A DNA stretch of 64,000 nucleotides from Octopus vulgaris (Eukaryota): contig OX597825.1 of the NCBI GenBank assembly GCA_951406725.2, positions 68,882,001 to 68,946,000 on the forward strand, written 5' to 3'. This document shows positions 1 through 11,970 of the stretch, piece after piece. The notes below the pieces were generated by a model. That model was given only the letters and a program-made list of their open reading frames with translations, searched no databases and had not been told where the DNA came from. The translations under genes were made by a program, and so were the position numbers. Each line of letters starts with the position of its first letter. Position 1 is the stretch's first letter.

Positions 1-180
1 ACCAGGACATATCTAATCTCATACTACCGTATAAAATGTATAAAGACAGACTGGATAATTAATCCCATTAGTTCAAATGTACGGTGTGGTGGTCGTTAAG
101 GCTGGAACGCCTCCTATCTTAGGCTATATAGGGTTAATAGTAGTAGGCTATATAGAAGGCTATATCGGGTTAGTAGTAGT

Positions 181-402
181 AAAGTTCCTTCTTGAGTCAT
201 ATAGACTGATAGGACCGGTTTACACAGTTTCCATGGCGTATATATTAACCCCCTGGATGGGACGCCAGCCCATCGCAGCGTTACTCACTTTTGCCAGCTG
301 AGTGGACTGGAGCAATGTGAAATGAAGTGTTTTGCTCAAGAACACAACGCATCACCCGATCCAGGAAGCGAAACCACAATCTTACGATCACGCTCCAGCA
401 CC
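181..402 (-). mobile_element. SINE family C (tRNA-like head, 'GCGATGGACTGGCGTCCCGTCCAG'-type body), 5'-eroded
   Basis: Reverse complement matches the fuller copy at 34343-34585 and partial copies at 23236-23335, 32974-33069 and 49515-49686 (shared TGTGTTCTTGAGCAAAACACTTCAT...CAGTCCACTCAGCTGGCAAAA). Confidence 0.75.
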
Positions 403-489
403 GTAATATAGGGTTAAGCAATTACATTTTTACTTGGTGGTTGTGGAGAAAGGGGTAGTAGCTATGACATTTGCATGTGGTCCCAGGCA

Positions 490-690
490 GGTGAGATAAA
501 TGCCATTAATGTTCCGCTTGATCTTCTGTAAGTCAACGCCTGGGAGGAAGCTATTAGCAAGGAAGGAATTCTAGAGAGAAGAGCGTGCTGAGAAGAAAGG
601 AACGGGCGTAGTGATTAGGGTAGAGCTTGGGGTGGTAATGGACACATCAAGTGTGAAGAGTGGAGAGATAAATCGGGTGGCAATACACCA
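490..690 (-). mobile_element. Decayed LINE (L2/CR1/Jockey-like) ORF2 C-terminal remnant
   Basis: Minus-strand translation across a frameshift gives HYARSFL...NSFL...VDLQKIKRNINGI, resembling the SFF..T..LWNSLP...LQ.FK..IN tail of these LINEs. Confidence 0.45.
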
Positions 691-1023
691 CTGAGATTAA
701 TTACTTAGAAATATGAATCGTTAGTGTTAGGGTTAGTGTTAACCTTTCTGATATAATGAAGTTTACCAAACTAATTATGAATAATTATGAGACAAGGGAA
801 AGAGAACATTAGCTCAATGACTAATATTATTTTAATAATTATGTTGTGAGAATTAATATAATAGTTTTGCCGATAACGGAATACAGCTCTGGACATATAG
901 AGTGGTCCAAAAGACATGCACCGAATAAGTGCAATACGCTTCAGGATTGTCAGAAACGCTTGAATTTTGCTAAAATTGAAAAAAAAAAATTATGGATACA
1001 AAGGTACTTGCACAAGAACAAAA

Positions 1024-1025
<2 letters not shown>

Positions 1026-1093
<68 letters not shown>

Positions 1094-1119
1094 CAATAAT
1101 AATAATAAAAGTAATAATG

Positions 1120-1156
<37 letters not shown>

Positions 1157-1182
1157 CAATAATAATAATAAAAGTAATAATG

Positions 1183-1248
<66 letters not shown>
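1026..1248. repeat. (AAT)n microsatellite with a duplicated interrupted unit
   Basis: Direct reading; source of the poly-N/I/L/Y ORFs at 846-1437. Confidence 0.95.
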
Positions 1249-1251
<3 letters not shown>

Positions 1252-1795
1252 GCCCTGATGCAGTACCAGGCAGAGGCTCTCATGGCTTCTGATTGGAAGT
1301 ATTATCATGTACATTGTTTTGTCTTGGTATAAAAGATGGGCTACAGCAAATATTCTGCTCAATACCACAGATTTGTTTGTCAGTTGTTTGACCTTAACCA
1401 GTTGAGCATGTCCCTTAGTGGCTGACGATATGTGCATCTCTGATCACGAGCAGAAGTAGTGGGGGAGCATCATAGCCATGTGTTGAGAGGGATTCTTTGG
1501 GGTTTGAATAATTCACCTCTGGAGACATGGGTGGGTTTTTCAACATCCTTAAACAACCCTTATTCAGGGACCGTTTGAGCGGGATGGGCTACTCAACCTG
1601 AAGAAAATTCTAACTGGGCCCCACCTGCAAGGTCATGTGCAGTTTATCTCGATATGAGATCACCATGCCGCGCACATATGGTTGTGATGCATGTGCCTGG
1701 TGTGCCCTTATCAGACGGGTAGTCATGATGGGTATATTGGGCTTCGTATATTTTACCCCAGTGTCACTTTGATGGCATGAACTGCTCTCTCACTC
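1249..1795 (-). mobile_element. ~550-bp (TAA)n-embedded non-autonomous element, copy 1
   Basis: Near-identical reverse complement of 17335-17890 and 56812-57361. Flanked on both sides by (AAT)n; no TIRs, tRNA head or long ORF. Strand is inferred. Confidence 0.85.
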
Positions 1796-1820
1796 AATAA
1801 TAATAATAAAAGTAATAATG

Positions 1821-1880
<60 letters not shown>

Positions 1881-2191
1881 GGAGAGTATTGTAGTTCGCT
1901 TGAAGCATTGTATATTGTTTGTAAAGAATAAAAAGTTTTGAATGGTACAACAATGCACTATAATATAGACAATGGGCTATAGTCTGTATGATATTTCGGA
2001 ATTATATTCCTTCTTCAGATATTCTTAGATGGATTCTTAGAGGAACATAACAGCGAGTCCATCTAAGAATATCTGAAGAAGGAATATAATTCCGAAATAT
2101 CATATCATATGGATGACTATATTACAACAGGTAAATAGACCATTGTCTATATTATAGTATATTGTTGTACCATTCAAAACTTTTTATTGTT

Positions 2192-2193
<2 letters not shown>
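1881..2193. mobile_element. Fold-back element with hammerhead ribozyme (Penelope pLTR/retrozyme-like)
   Basis: Inverted arms 1922-1975/2140-2193 and perfect 47-bp arms 1987-2033/2058-2104; flanked by (AAT)n. Confidence 0.7.
2056..2118 (+). ncRNA. Type I hammerhead ribozyme
   Basis: Stem I ATAT(2069-72)/ATAT(2107-10) with distal AGTC.ATCT/GGATGACT. Core CTGAAGA 2073-2079, extra A, stem II GGAAT/ATTCC, GAAA 2094-2097, stem III ATA-tca-TAT, cleavage triplet AUC (C2106). Confidence 0.7.
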
Positions 2194-2235
<42 letters not shown>

Positions 2236-2240
2236 TAATA

Positions 2241-2674
2241 AAGGTTTCAAATTTTGCCACAAGGGCAGCCATTTTGGGGGTCGGGACAAATCGATTATAT
2301 CGACCTCAGTGTGTAACTGGTACTTAATTTATCGACCCCAAAAGGATGAAAGGAAAAGTCGACCTCGGCGGAATTTGAACTCAGAACATAAAGGCGGACT
2401 AAATGCCACTAAGAAATTTGCTCGGCATGCTAACGAATCGCCCAGTTGGTCGCCTTAGCAATAATAATAGTCATTTCTACTATAGGCACAATGCCTGAAG
2501 ATTGGAGAAGGAGGAGGAAGATAGTCAATTACATTGACCCCAGTGTTTCACTGGTGCTCAATTTATGGAGCCCGAACGGATGAAAGGCAGAATTTGGACT
2601 TAGAACGTAGCGACCTGCGAAATACTGCTAAGCATTTTGTCAAGCGTGCCAACGATTCTGCCAGCTCACCGCCT
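2241..2674 (-). mobile_element. Two adjacent copies of SINE family A (tRNA-like head, Nin/Deu-like central domain)
   Basis: Contain the reverse of GGCGAGCTGGCAGAA...GAGTTCAAATTCCGCCGAGGTCGACTTTGCCTTTCATCCTTTCGGGGTCGATAAA; the two copies have different 3' tails. Confidence 0.85.
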
Positions 2675-3208
2675 AACTACTACTACTACTACTACTACTA
2701 CTGATAATATTGTGATATAAAGAAAATACCAAATATCTTGGTGTGTGACTTTTGGCTCATTCTGTACTTCATATATCAACCCAGGACTTTTAAGGTACTT
2801 ACTTGATATTATTCTGTGAATGGGGAAACTTACGTTCAACCTTGGCTGTACTAAATTTGAGTTAAAAACTTAACAATCTTAAAATCACTTCTACAAGGCA
2901 GCTAATCCAATGATTTAACGATTCTGCAGGCAATCTACTGAATTTTTGAAATCAATATTTATGTGTAAATATTACCTCAGTATTGTCTCTGTTTCAACTT
3001 GGTATCTTTGTGTTCTTTTTATAGTTGTAGGTCATTAATTCGATATTTTGTGAATAATCGTTTGCCAAGGAATTTAATGCAGATCAAAAGATCTGGAGAT
3101 ATTCATCTTTGTAGATTAAAAAAATATTATATGTATAATTTTATAGATTAAATCTGGAAATATACTTCTGTCAGAGAATGTAACGTAGATTAGATTACCT
3201 GTATTGAT

Positions 3209-3438
3209 GTGGCGAGCTGGCAGAAACGTTAGCGCGCCGGGCGAAATGCTTAGCGGTATTTCGTCTACCGCTACGTTCTAAGTTCGAGTTCCGCCGAGGT
3301 CGACTTTGCCTTTCATCCTTTCGGGGTCGATAAATTAAGCACCAGTTGCGTACTGGGGTCGATCTAATCGACTTAATCCGTTTGTCTGTCCTTGTTTGTC
3401 CCCTCTATGTTTAGCTCCTTGTGGGCAGTAAAGAAATA
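3209..3438 (+). mobile_element. SINE family A, full-length monomer with ~18-bp target-site duplication
   Basis: Head GGCGAGCTGGCAGAAACG, B-box-like GTTCGAGTTCC, tail ...GTAAAGAAATA; flanked by GATTA(C/T)CTGTATTGATGT on both sides. Confidence 0.9.
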
Positions 3439-3556
3439 GATTATCTGTATTGATGTGTAGCTTCATGTATTCCTGATTAAGGAAACCTTTGATAAAAACC
3501 ATTACAATCACCTCATCCGTCAGGGAACGTATTTCAGATGAAATGATCAGTGTATA

Positions 3557-3778
3557 TAGGAGGTGGTGCTGAAAAGTTCCTGGTTTTAAGGGTATCATGT
3601 AAGGCCTTCTTAGAGGTCCAACCTTCCGAGTTCTTTTACAGGGTTTAGAAAACCTGAAGGTTTAGAAAAACAGCGATGTGTGAATCCGAGAGGGGTGTAT
3701 GTTGAATCAAAATCATGATTAATTGATCCTCTTGTATTTTCTTTTACCCCAAGCCAGAAACTTTTCAGCAACCCCTTG
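3557..3778. mobile_element. mariner-derived MITE (~220 bp)
   Basis: TIRs GGTGCTGAAAAGTTCCTGG / CCAGAAACTTTTCAGCAACC; homologous to 28385-28607. Confidence 0.75.
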
Positions 3779-4003
3779 TGTATGTATCTGTCAGGTGTTG
3801 TAGATTAAACTATCTGTAGCTATACATCTGCCAGGTAGTGTAGTATAGATTAAGCGTTCTGTAAATATACACGTCAGAGAATGTATTATAAATGAAATGA
3901 TTTATAAATATTTATCTTTCAGAGCATGCATCGTTTATAATATGATCTCTAAATATTTATCTGTATTATAGTTTAAAACTGTAAATATACATTTGTCAGG
4001 GAA

Positions 4004-4171
4004 CACATCACCAACAACAAAGTCTTCCGACAGGACAACATTTCGAGAATTGAAATCATGTTGGTGTGTAGACAGTTTAGATGGGTAAACCACAGTTTAG
4101 ATGGGTAAACGTCTACGTACGAACAAATCCAGATTGCCGAAGGCCGTATTCTACAGCGAGGTCAACCAAGG

Positions 4172-4240
<69 letters not shown>

Positions 4241-4560
4241 GGAGACAAAACCCCTGGAAACGTTTCAAGCACCAGCTAAAACACCATCACACCCAGGCAG
4301 AGATGGACACCAAAAAGAGGGAAGGATTTGAACACAGAGGTAGATGTGGCAGAATTGCATCCATACCATTGCAAGCAATTTTGAGGTCAGAGACACTATG
4401 GTTGATGAGAAACGTCAAAGAAGAAAAAAGTCATCCTCACGATACTATTATGACCAAAACGTACATATTTGCCCCTGTCGGTCAAGGATTGGTTTACATA
4501 GGCAGTTAAAGGCTGTTCGCTCTTCCTCGTGGTCTTCAGACATTAACTGCCACCAAACAT
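4004..4560 (+). mobile_element. RTE-clade LINE 3' fragment (pseudogenised), with a (GA)n expansion inside the ORF
   Basis: Motifs QFRW, RLPKAVFYSEVNQG, P.KRFK..LK, DEKRQRRK, ICPCRSRIGLHRQ across frames; internal 19-bp tandem duplication at 4072-4110. Confidence 0.8.
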
Positions 4561-6619
4561 TAATCTGTTAGGGAATAAGGATTAAATTATCTGTACCAAT
4601 AGATTTGTCAGGAAATATGGATTAAATTATCTGTAGGTATACATTTGTCAAAGAATGTACCATATATCTAGCGATTTGTAAATATACATCTGTAGATGAA
4701 TTGATAAGTAGGTAAGTATTTTTAGAGATACGTAACGTTGATTATATAATCTCTAGATATTTATTTCTATTATTGTTTAAATCAGTAAATATACATTTGC
4801 CAGGTAATGTAGATCAAGTGTGTTGTAAATATTTATCTGCTGGCAATGTATTATAGATGAAATGATAATCTGTTACGAGATGCATTGTATATTAAAAGAT
4901 CTATAGATATTAATCTGTCATGGGATGCAGCGTTCGTTAAATAATCTATAAAGTTAATCTGTCAAGGGATGTGTTATAGCTTAAATGTTCTGGAAACATT
5001 TATCTGTAAGGAAATGAAGTTTAGACGAACAGAGTTGTAAATGTTACGCCGTCAGGGGAAGCACTGTAGCTGAAACGATTAAACTGTTTCTTAAAAAGCT
5101 TGGTGCTAGGACATGGCTATATCGTTCAGAAATTCGCTTCGAAAGTAAAGGTTTATGGGTTCGCTACTATAACTACTCGGCGTCTTGAGAAAGCGTCATA
5201 GAATCCGGTCTGAGTCCAATGCCTTGTGAGTGAAATGTGATAGCGTGGAAACAGTGCAAAGAAACTCATTATAGGGATCGATCATATTCTCGGATGGGAG
5301 ATTGAATTTCTCGTTCTGTTTAACATTGCAGTGTGTTTACCCTTTTAGCAGAGTAATATCTGTCGCAAGCATTCGAGGGGTCAGATGTCCTCTGTTTGTG
5401 TATGTATGTGTGTGCTTAACAATCTACACATTTCAAGGAGAAATTTTATTGTTAGGGGTAACCATTTAATTTTGTTTATCATTTGTTTCTTGCTTTCACA
5501 ATTGTTATACTAGTAATTTATAATTTTCTTGCATTTTAAAGTATAATGCGCTTCTTTGAGCATGAAGACACCTTAAACCATGTTTATCAAACTGTAATCT
5601 GGTAAGATGGGCTTCTTTTAGTTTCCGTCTACCAAATCAACTCCCAAGGGTTTGGTCAGCTTGAAGCTATAGTTGAAGACACTTGCCTAAACTGTCATGT
5701 AGCCTGCGACTACATAGGAAAAAAAAGAAGAAATACGTTAGATTCTAGAATCCAAAGAATTTGATCGCGGACTGAAGTCATTGCGATTGATAAACATCCT
5801 CTACACACACACAAAAAAAAAAAACAAGCAAGAGAAAAGAAAACCAGTAAATGGAGAATCCCCACCCCCCAAAACTAATAAAAAACTTTTAGAATGAAAA
5901 TACATAAAAAAATATATATGTATTTCACAGACGTACCAAATGAGTACTTACATTGTGTGTATCATACTAGTAAACCCTTAGATCTTTCGCTTGAAGTAAA
6001 ATCACAGATAAGAAGAGCAACAAAAAACAACTCTAAAACGGAATATAAATAAATGACATCTAACAGAGTTGAATTGGACAGAGAAAGAGAAAATTGTTAT
6101 AGCCTTCAGCCTTTAAGATCACTATGTAATTACAAGTATTTAAAAGTTACCCTGCAGGAGTTCCTGGTATTAAGTCAGTTAGTGCATAGAATTATATTCA
6201 AAGAAGAATAGTAACATACTAGCATCCATCTAGAACATTCTATAGGAATCGATTAATAGTTTAAGGAAACGAAAGTCTCTTTCTCAGACATATAGACCTC
6301 GTTTGTAGTGGCTAACTGCACCAATAGAATTCAAGGCAAGGAAACAATTTCGTGTCAATAAGCAGTTAAGAAACGAAGAATAAAAGCACCTTAACTCATA
6401 CATACATATGAATACATATAAAGCATGTACACACAGGCACGCACACACACACATACATACACACAAGTTCACACATGTACACACATGTATGTACTCATAA
6501 ATACTCTTACACGTATATGTTATTAAATAAAGAAAATTTAATTAACCCAACCCTCACAGGAACAAACAAACAACTATATATATCCTGACAAATACAATTT
6601 CTGAAACTTCTAACGCCTC

Positions 6620-6679
<60 letters not shown>

Positions 6680-6691
6680 TGGAAGCCTTAG

Positions 6692-6784
<93 letters not shown>

Positions 6785-6800
6785 GTACTGGAAGCCTTAG

Positions 6801-6844
<44 letters not shown>

Positions 6845-6859
6845 TATAAATATATTTTT

Positions 6860-7174
6860 TTACTCCGTTACTTGTTTCAGTCATTTGGCTGCGGTCATGC
6901 TGGAGCACCGCCTTTAGTCAAGCAAATCGACCCTAGGACTTACTCTTTGTAAGCCTAGTACTTATTCTATCGGGCTCCTTTTGCCGAACCGCTAGATTAC
7001 GGGGATGTAAACACACCAACATCGGTTGTCAAGCAAGCTATTTACCACACAGCCACTTCTGAAATTACACACACATACACACACGCACATACATACATAC
7101 ATACATACATACATACATACATACATACATACATACATACATACATACACATACAGTCACGCATATAAATCTAT

Positions 7175-7223
<49 letters not shown>

Positions 7224-7436
7224 TACTTTTACTTGTTTCAATCACTTGACTGCGGCTATACTGGAGCTTCGTCTTTAGTCGAAGAATTCGACCCCAGAAC
7301 TTATTCTTTGTAACCCTCGAACATATTCTATCGGTCTTTTTCGGCGAACCGCTAGGTTACGGGGACGTAAGCACACCAACATCGGTTGTCAAGCGATAAT
7401 GGAGGACAAACACAGACACACAAATACATACATACA

Positions 7437-7525
<89 letters not shown>

Positions 7526-7673
7526 GACGGGCTTCTTTCAGTTTCCGTCTTCCAAATCCACTCACAAGGCTTTTGTCGGTCCGAGGCTATAGTAGAAGAC
7601 ACTTGCCCCAAGATGCCACACTGCGAGATCGAACCATGTGTTTCGGAAGCAAGCTACTTACCATACAGCTGCG
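6860..7673 (-). mobile_element. Two copies of SINE family B (tRNA-like head, internal AT/GT microsatellite, 3' half)
   Basis: Reverse complement of the 11567-11970 copy; includes CCTTGGGCAAGTGTCTTCTACTATAG and GGCGGTGCTCCAGCATGGCCGCAG blocks. Confidence 0.85.
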
Positions 7674-7677
7674 TCTG

Positions 7678-7722
<45 letters not shown>

Positions 7723-8036
7723 TCATACAAAATCACACGAATATGTACATATATATACGTATATTTATGTGTGTGATGATATTTGCTTTATATATCTTAT
7801 ATACTCTATACACACGTATAAACACATACATTCGTACACATATATATTATATATTTACTAACGTTAGAACAAACTTTTAACACATTTTAGAGACACAACC
7901 ACCATGAAATAACCCAAAATTCCCGCTTGACATGCAAAATGATAGCTTGAAGCGATTTCCTTCACGAAGTTTTAATTATGTATCCAACTAACACAGTATA
8001 TTTATACTGCATATATACTATATACTATAATGTGTA

Positions 8037-8112
<76 letters not shown>

Positions 8113-9375
8113 CATGCGCACATAAATATATATATATATATATATGGTATTAATAATATAGATGGAATGTTTTCAACTTTTGTATAATTTCTCCATTATA
8201 CGAATGTATGTGTATGTATGTATCTATCTATATATGTACACACACAATACACACACACACACACAAGCGCACAATACCAGAATGCTGAAGAAAAAAGTGC
8301 ATCTGACCTCATACTACTATAGTTGCAGAGATATTGGAGGAAATGAAAATCACGACTAACCACTTCCTGATCGGAGATTGCCTCAGCTTGTATTAATGAT
8401 GTCTATAGGAGGCAATACGTACTTCCATGCACAATTATCACCCAAGCTCGCTTAAAACAATGAGGTAAATCAGCATGGTGCATTAACAAGCTACATACAA
8501 TGGTAGAATTTGCCTCAATTCACTATCCCACGTTCTTAAATAAGAGAAGAGTTTTGTTAGTTAATGTAGGTCTCCATATTGTTGAAGAGACCGGATTGTC
8601 AGAGCTGGTATGTTTTTGGTCATTAGCTTGCTGGTTTATGATTTACTTGGGTTTCAATATGAAATACTCTGAAAAAAAGACAGTTTCATCTGGAAGGCAC
8701 TGTCTGTTTTTACAACTTAGCATCTAGCACACTGTAGGTGCATCATGATAACGTATGAATTTTCTCCCCTGTAGTAACAGGGCAGTGGCAGGGGAAACAA
8801 TTCTACAGAAAATGATGTTGTGTGCTACAGGTTAATATTAAATTGCCGAATACACATACGTACAAATACTCATCAGTGGCTTCTGAAACTGAGTGATCTA
8901 TTTGCCGATGAAAGGTATGAACAACAAAATTTTCTAATAGGAATCCGATTGGCGTTAACCTTCGCAAAAAGTTTGCAGACTCCATTTTCCTCTTACATTG
9001 TAGAAATTTTTCCAACAAAAATAATAAAGCTTGTATTTCTAAATGCATTCCTTCTAACAATATCCGCCCCTTCTTAACGTTAACTGTCTTTCGAAAGTAC
9101 TATTATCTTCTATCAAGGTCCAACGAAAAACACATTAATGTTCTCGGTAATTATACTGGTTTGCCTGTGTATTGTTTTAAAAGTTTTCTATCAACATAGT
9201 CATACACTGGTGTCACTGCTCAATGTCAGTCTTCGGAGATATAGCTCCATCTACTTTCGAGCGATAAAACGTTCTACAACCCACAAGATATACAAGCGCC
9301 TACATAATACATACATACATACATACATACGTGTCTATATATATATACATACATACATGCATGTATATATATATA

Positions 9376-9729
9376 CTAGCAGTATCGCCCGGCGTTGCTC
9401 AGGATTGTAAGGGAAAAAACTATAAAGCATTTTTAGAGAGTTATAGCCAAAAAATGGAAAAATTATGGTAAATTTTTTTGAGAGTTAAAAAAGGATGGAG
9501 TTGCGTCCCCTAGACAGTTTGTCGTTCGTGTTTCTGATTCTCGACCCCATGTCGAATTTATCGATTTTTTTCAGAAATGGGGGAACTTTTCAAAATTTTG
9601 GCTGCGTTAGTTTTGAATTATGACGTTGGGCTATGTGTGTGTCAAGTTTCATCAGAATCGGTTGAAAGCCGTAGTCAGGGTGAGGGTACAAGCAAACAGA
9701 GACACAGAAACACGCACAGACAAACTGCC

Positions 9730-9740
<11 letters not shown>
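9376..9740 (-). mobile_element. Non-autonomous Helitron-like element
   Basis: Minus strand ends with a GC-rich hairpin (...GAGCAACGCCGGG) then CTAG|T. 5' end TATATAAACGGCAGTTTGTCTGT and CAACCGATTCTGATGAAACTT are typical of Lep1-like Helitrons. Confidence 0.7.
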
Positions 9741-9797
<57 letters not shown>

Positions 9798-9808
9798 ATA
9801 ATAAATAT

Positions 9809-10068
9809 TAGGGAATAAATCCAAATTTACAGGGAAAAATCAGATTTAGGATTGAATCCAATTTTATAGTAAAATATTATATTATATTAAATTAGAGACA
9901 AAACCACTATTATGCAAATCAAACAAAGAAAGACTTAAGCCAATACATAAAATAATTTATATAATTAAATTTAATTAAATTTAATTATATAAATTATTTT
10001 ATGTATTGGCTTAAGTCTTTCTTTGTTTGATTTGCATAATAGTGGTTTTGTCTCTAATTTAATATAAT
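9809..10068. repeat. AT-rich element end containing a perfect 188-bp palindrome (9881-10068)
   Basis: Arms checked base by base, centre 9974/9975, no spacer. The start TAGGGAATA...CCAAATTTACAGGGAAAAAT is shared with 14537 and, inverted, with 33290-33335. Confidence 0.85.
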
Positions 10069-10104
10069 TATATATATATATATATATATATACATACACA
10101 CATA

Positions 10105-11350
10105 CATGATGTTCAATTTAAAAGTAGACTCAATTGTATTTATCAATAGTTATAAAGAATATGCAATATTATGGACAAACCTACTTTTATTAAAATTCTC
10201 ATTTAAAAGTTACGTCAAACTGGTTACAAAATTGTTGAAATTGTTGGCCGCCACGTTGTAGACATAAGCCAACACGACGACGTTTGTTCTGGAACACATT
10301 AATCAATACTTCATGTGGTATATTTTGGACAATACCAGTAATATCCATACACAGATCATCAAGTGTATGCGGATTCTTTGCCAACACAACGTCCTTGATA
10401 TAGCCGAATAAAAAGAAATCGAGAGGCGTTAAGTCTGGCGATTTGGGTGGCCAGAGGCCTTTCGTGATCATCCTGTGTACAAAAGTTTGTCGTAAGTGAA
10501 ACAAAGCGTGGTTGCTAACATGACATGTTGCTGAGTCCTATTGAAGCCATGCGTTACTTTTTTATACTCAGTTAACTGCTGGACAAACTGACCAATTATC
10601 TCACTTTAACGTTCCGATTCAAGGTTTCTTGGAAAAAAAATCGGTCCTACTATTCTTCGCCTGCTGATAGTCATCCATACACCAATCTTCACTGCATCTA
10701 AGAGTGATTCGACAAACTCCTGAGGATTGAGAGCACTCCAGATGCGAGTGCTTTGCGAATCTAGGCATCCCGGTAGGTGAATCCAAGCCTTGTCACTGAA
10801 GAAGGTCATGTCAAGTTGGTTGTCTACCATGTTTTCTTGAAACCATCTGCAGTAATCCAATCTTTTGGTAAAATCAGCAGGAATAAGTTCATGTAAAGCA
10901 GACACGCAATATGGGTACAATTTCAGTGATTTGCAAAGAGCAGTATGACAGCTGCTAACAGATAATCCAGTTTCATGAGACAAACATCTCACAGATTCCC
11001 TTGGACTGCGAAGAATTCGTTGACAGATATCTTCCATAGCATCATTAGAAAGGCGGGTACGTCGGCGAACTTCTTAATCAGAACATTAATCACCTGCTTG
11101 GCGGAGGTACATTTGGATATTGGCTCTTAAAATCGGTAGCGCAATTGTCAAAGGAGTAAATCCATCGCCCATTAATAAAACATTCTGATCTAAAATAAAA
11201 TTCCACAATAACTGAACGTTGCTGCACTGAAAAAACCATTACGACTCCAGAAGAAATCTCGAACGAATGCGTTACACTTGCAAAAGGCTAAAATCAATTT
11301 GGCATAGCAAGCCATCATTTTGACAGTTTACTTTTAAATTGAACACCCTG
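10105..11350 (-). mobile_element. IS630-Tc1-mariner transposon (rosa/DD41D-related), full length, pseudogenised transposase
   Basis: TIRs CA(T/G)G(A/G)TGTTCAATTTAAAAGTA in TA context; motifs FSDKAWIHL, IGVW..ISRRRIVGPIFF, Q*DSATCH, WPPKSPDLTPLDFFLFGYIKD; stops and frameshifts. Confidence 0.9.
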
Positions 11351-11372
11351 TATATACATATATATGTATACA

Positions 11373-11448
<76 letters not shown>

Positions 11449-11483
11449 TCAATATAAGGGTAGCAAAAAAAACATTAATTAAT

Positions 11484-11557
<74 letters not shown>

Positions 11558-11566
11558 ATATGCATG

Positions 11567-11970
11567 CAGGAGTGGCTGTGTGGTAAGTAGCTTGTTTACC
11601 AACCACTTAGTTGAGTTCATTCCCACTGCATGGAATCTTGGGCAAGTGTCTTCTACTAAAGTTTCGGGCCGACCAAAGCCTTGTGGGTGGATTTGTTTTA
11701 CGGAAACTGAAAGAAGCCCGTCGTATATATATATATGTATGTATGTATGTCTGTGTGTATTTGTGTGTCTGTGATTGTCTCCCAACATCGCTTGACAACC
11801 GATGCTGGTGTGTTTACGTCCCCGTCACATAGCGGTTCGGCAAAAGAGACCGATAGAATAAGTACTAGGTTTAGAAAGAATAAGTCCTGGGATCGATTTG
11901 CTCGACTAAAGGCGGTGCTCCAGCATGGCCGCAGTCAAATGATTGAAACAAGTACAAGAGTAAAAGAGAG
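11567..11970 (+). mobile_element. SINE family B, full length
   Basis: Head TGGCTGTGTGGTAAGTAGC...GAGTTCATTCCC, internal (AT)(GT) tract, tail AAGTA(C/A)AAGAGTAAAAGAG. Confidence 0.9.

Larger units (their letters stand above)
3080..5080. repeat. Degenerate ~40-45-bp tandem repeat array interrupted by a SINE, a MITE and an RTE fragment
   Basis: Recurring unit approximating TAGATTAAATTATCTGTAAATATACATCTGTCAGGGAATG at 3080-3205, 3780-4000 and 4560-5080. Confidence 0.6.

Noticed and set aside
1251-1275. CCCTGATGCAG at the end of the 550-bp element as a hammerhead core
   Set aside because: CUGAUGC lacks A9, and no GAAA partner follows a stem.
846-1437. Poly-N/I/L/Y ORFs, and the many YI/HT/CV/LSIY ORFs across the window
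   Set aside because: They are translations of (AAT)n, (AT)n, (AC)n and (ATCT)n microsatellites, with no evidence of coding.
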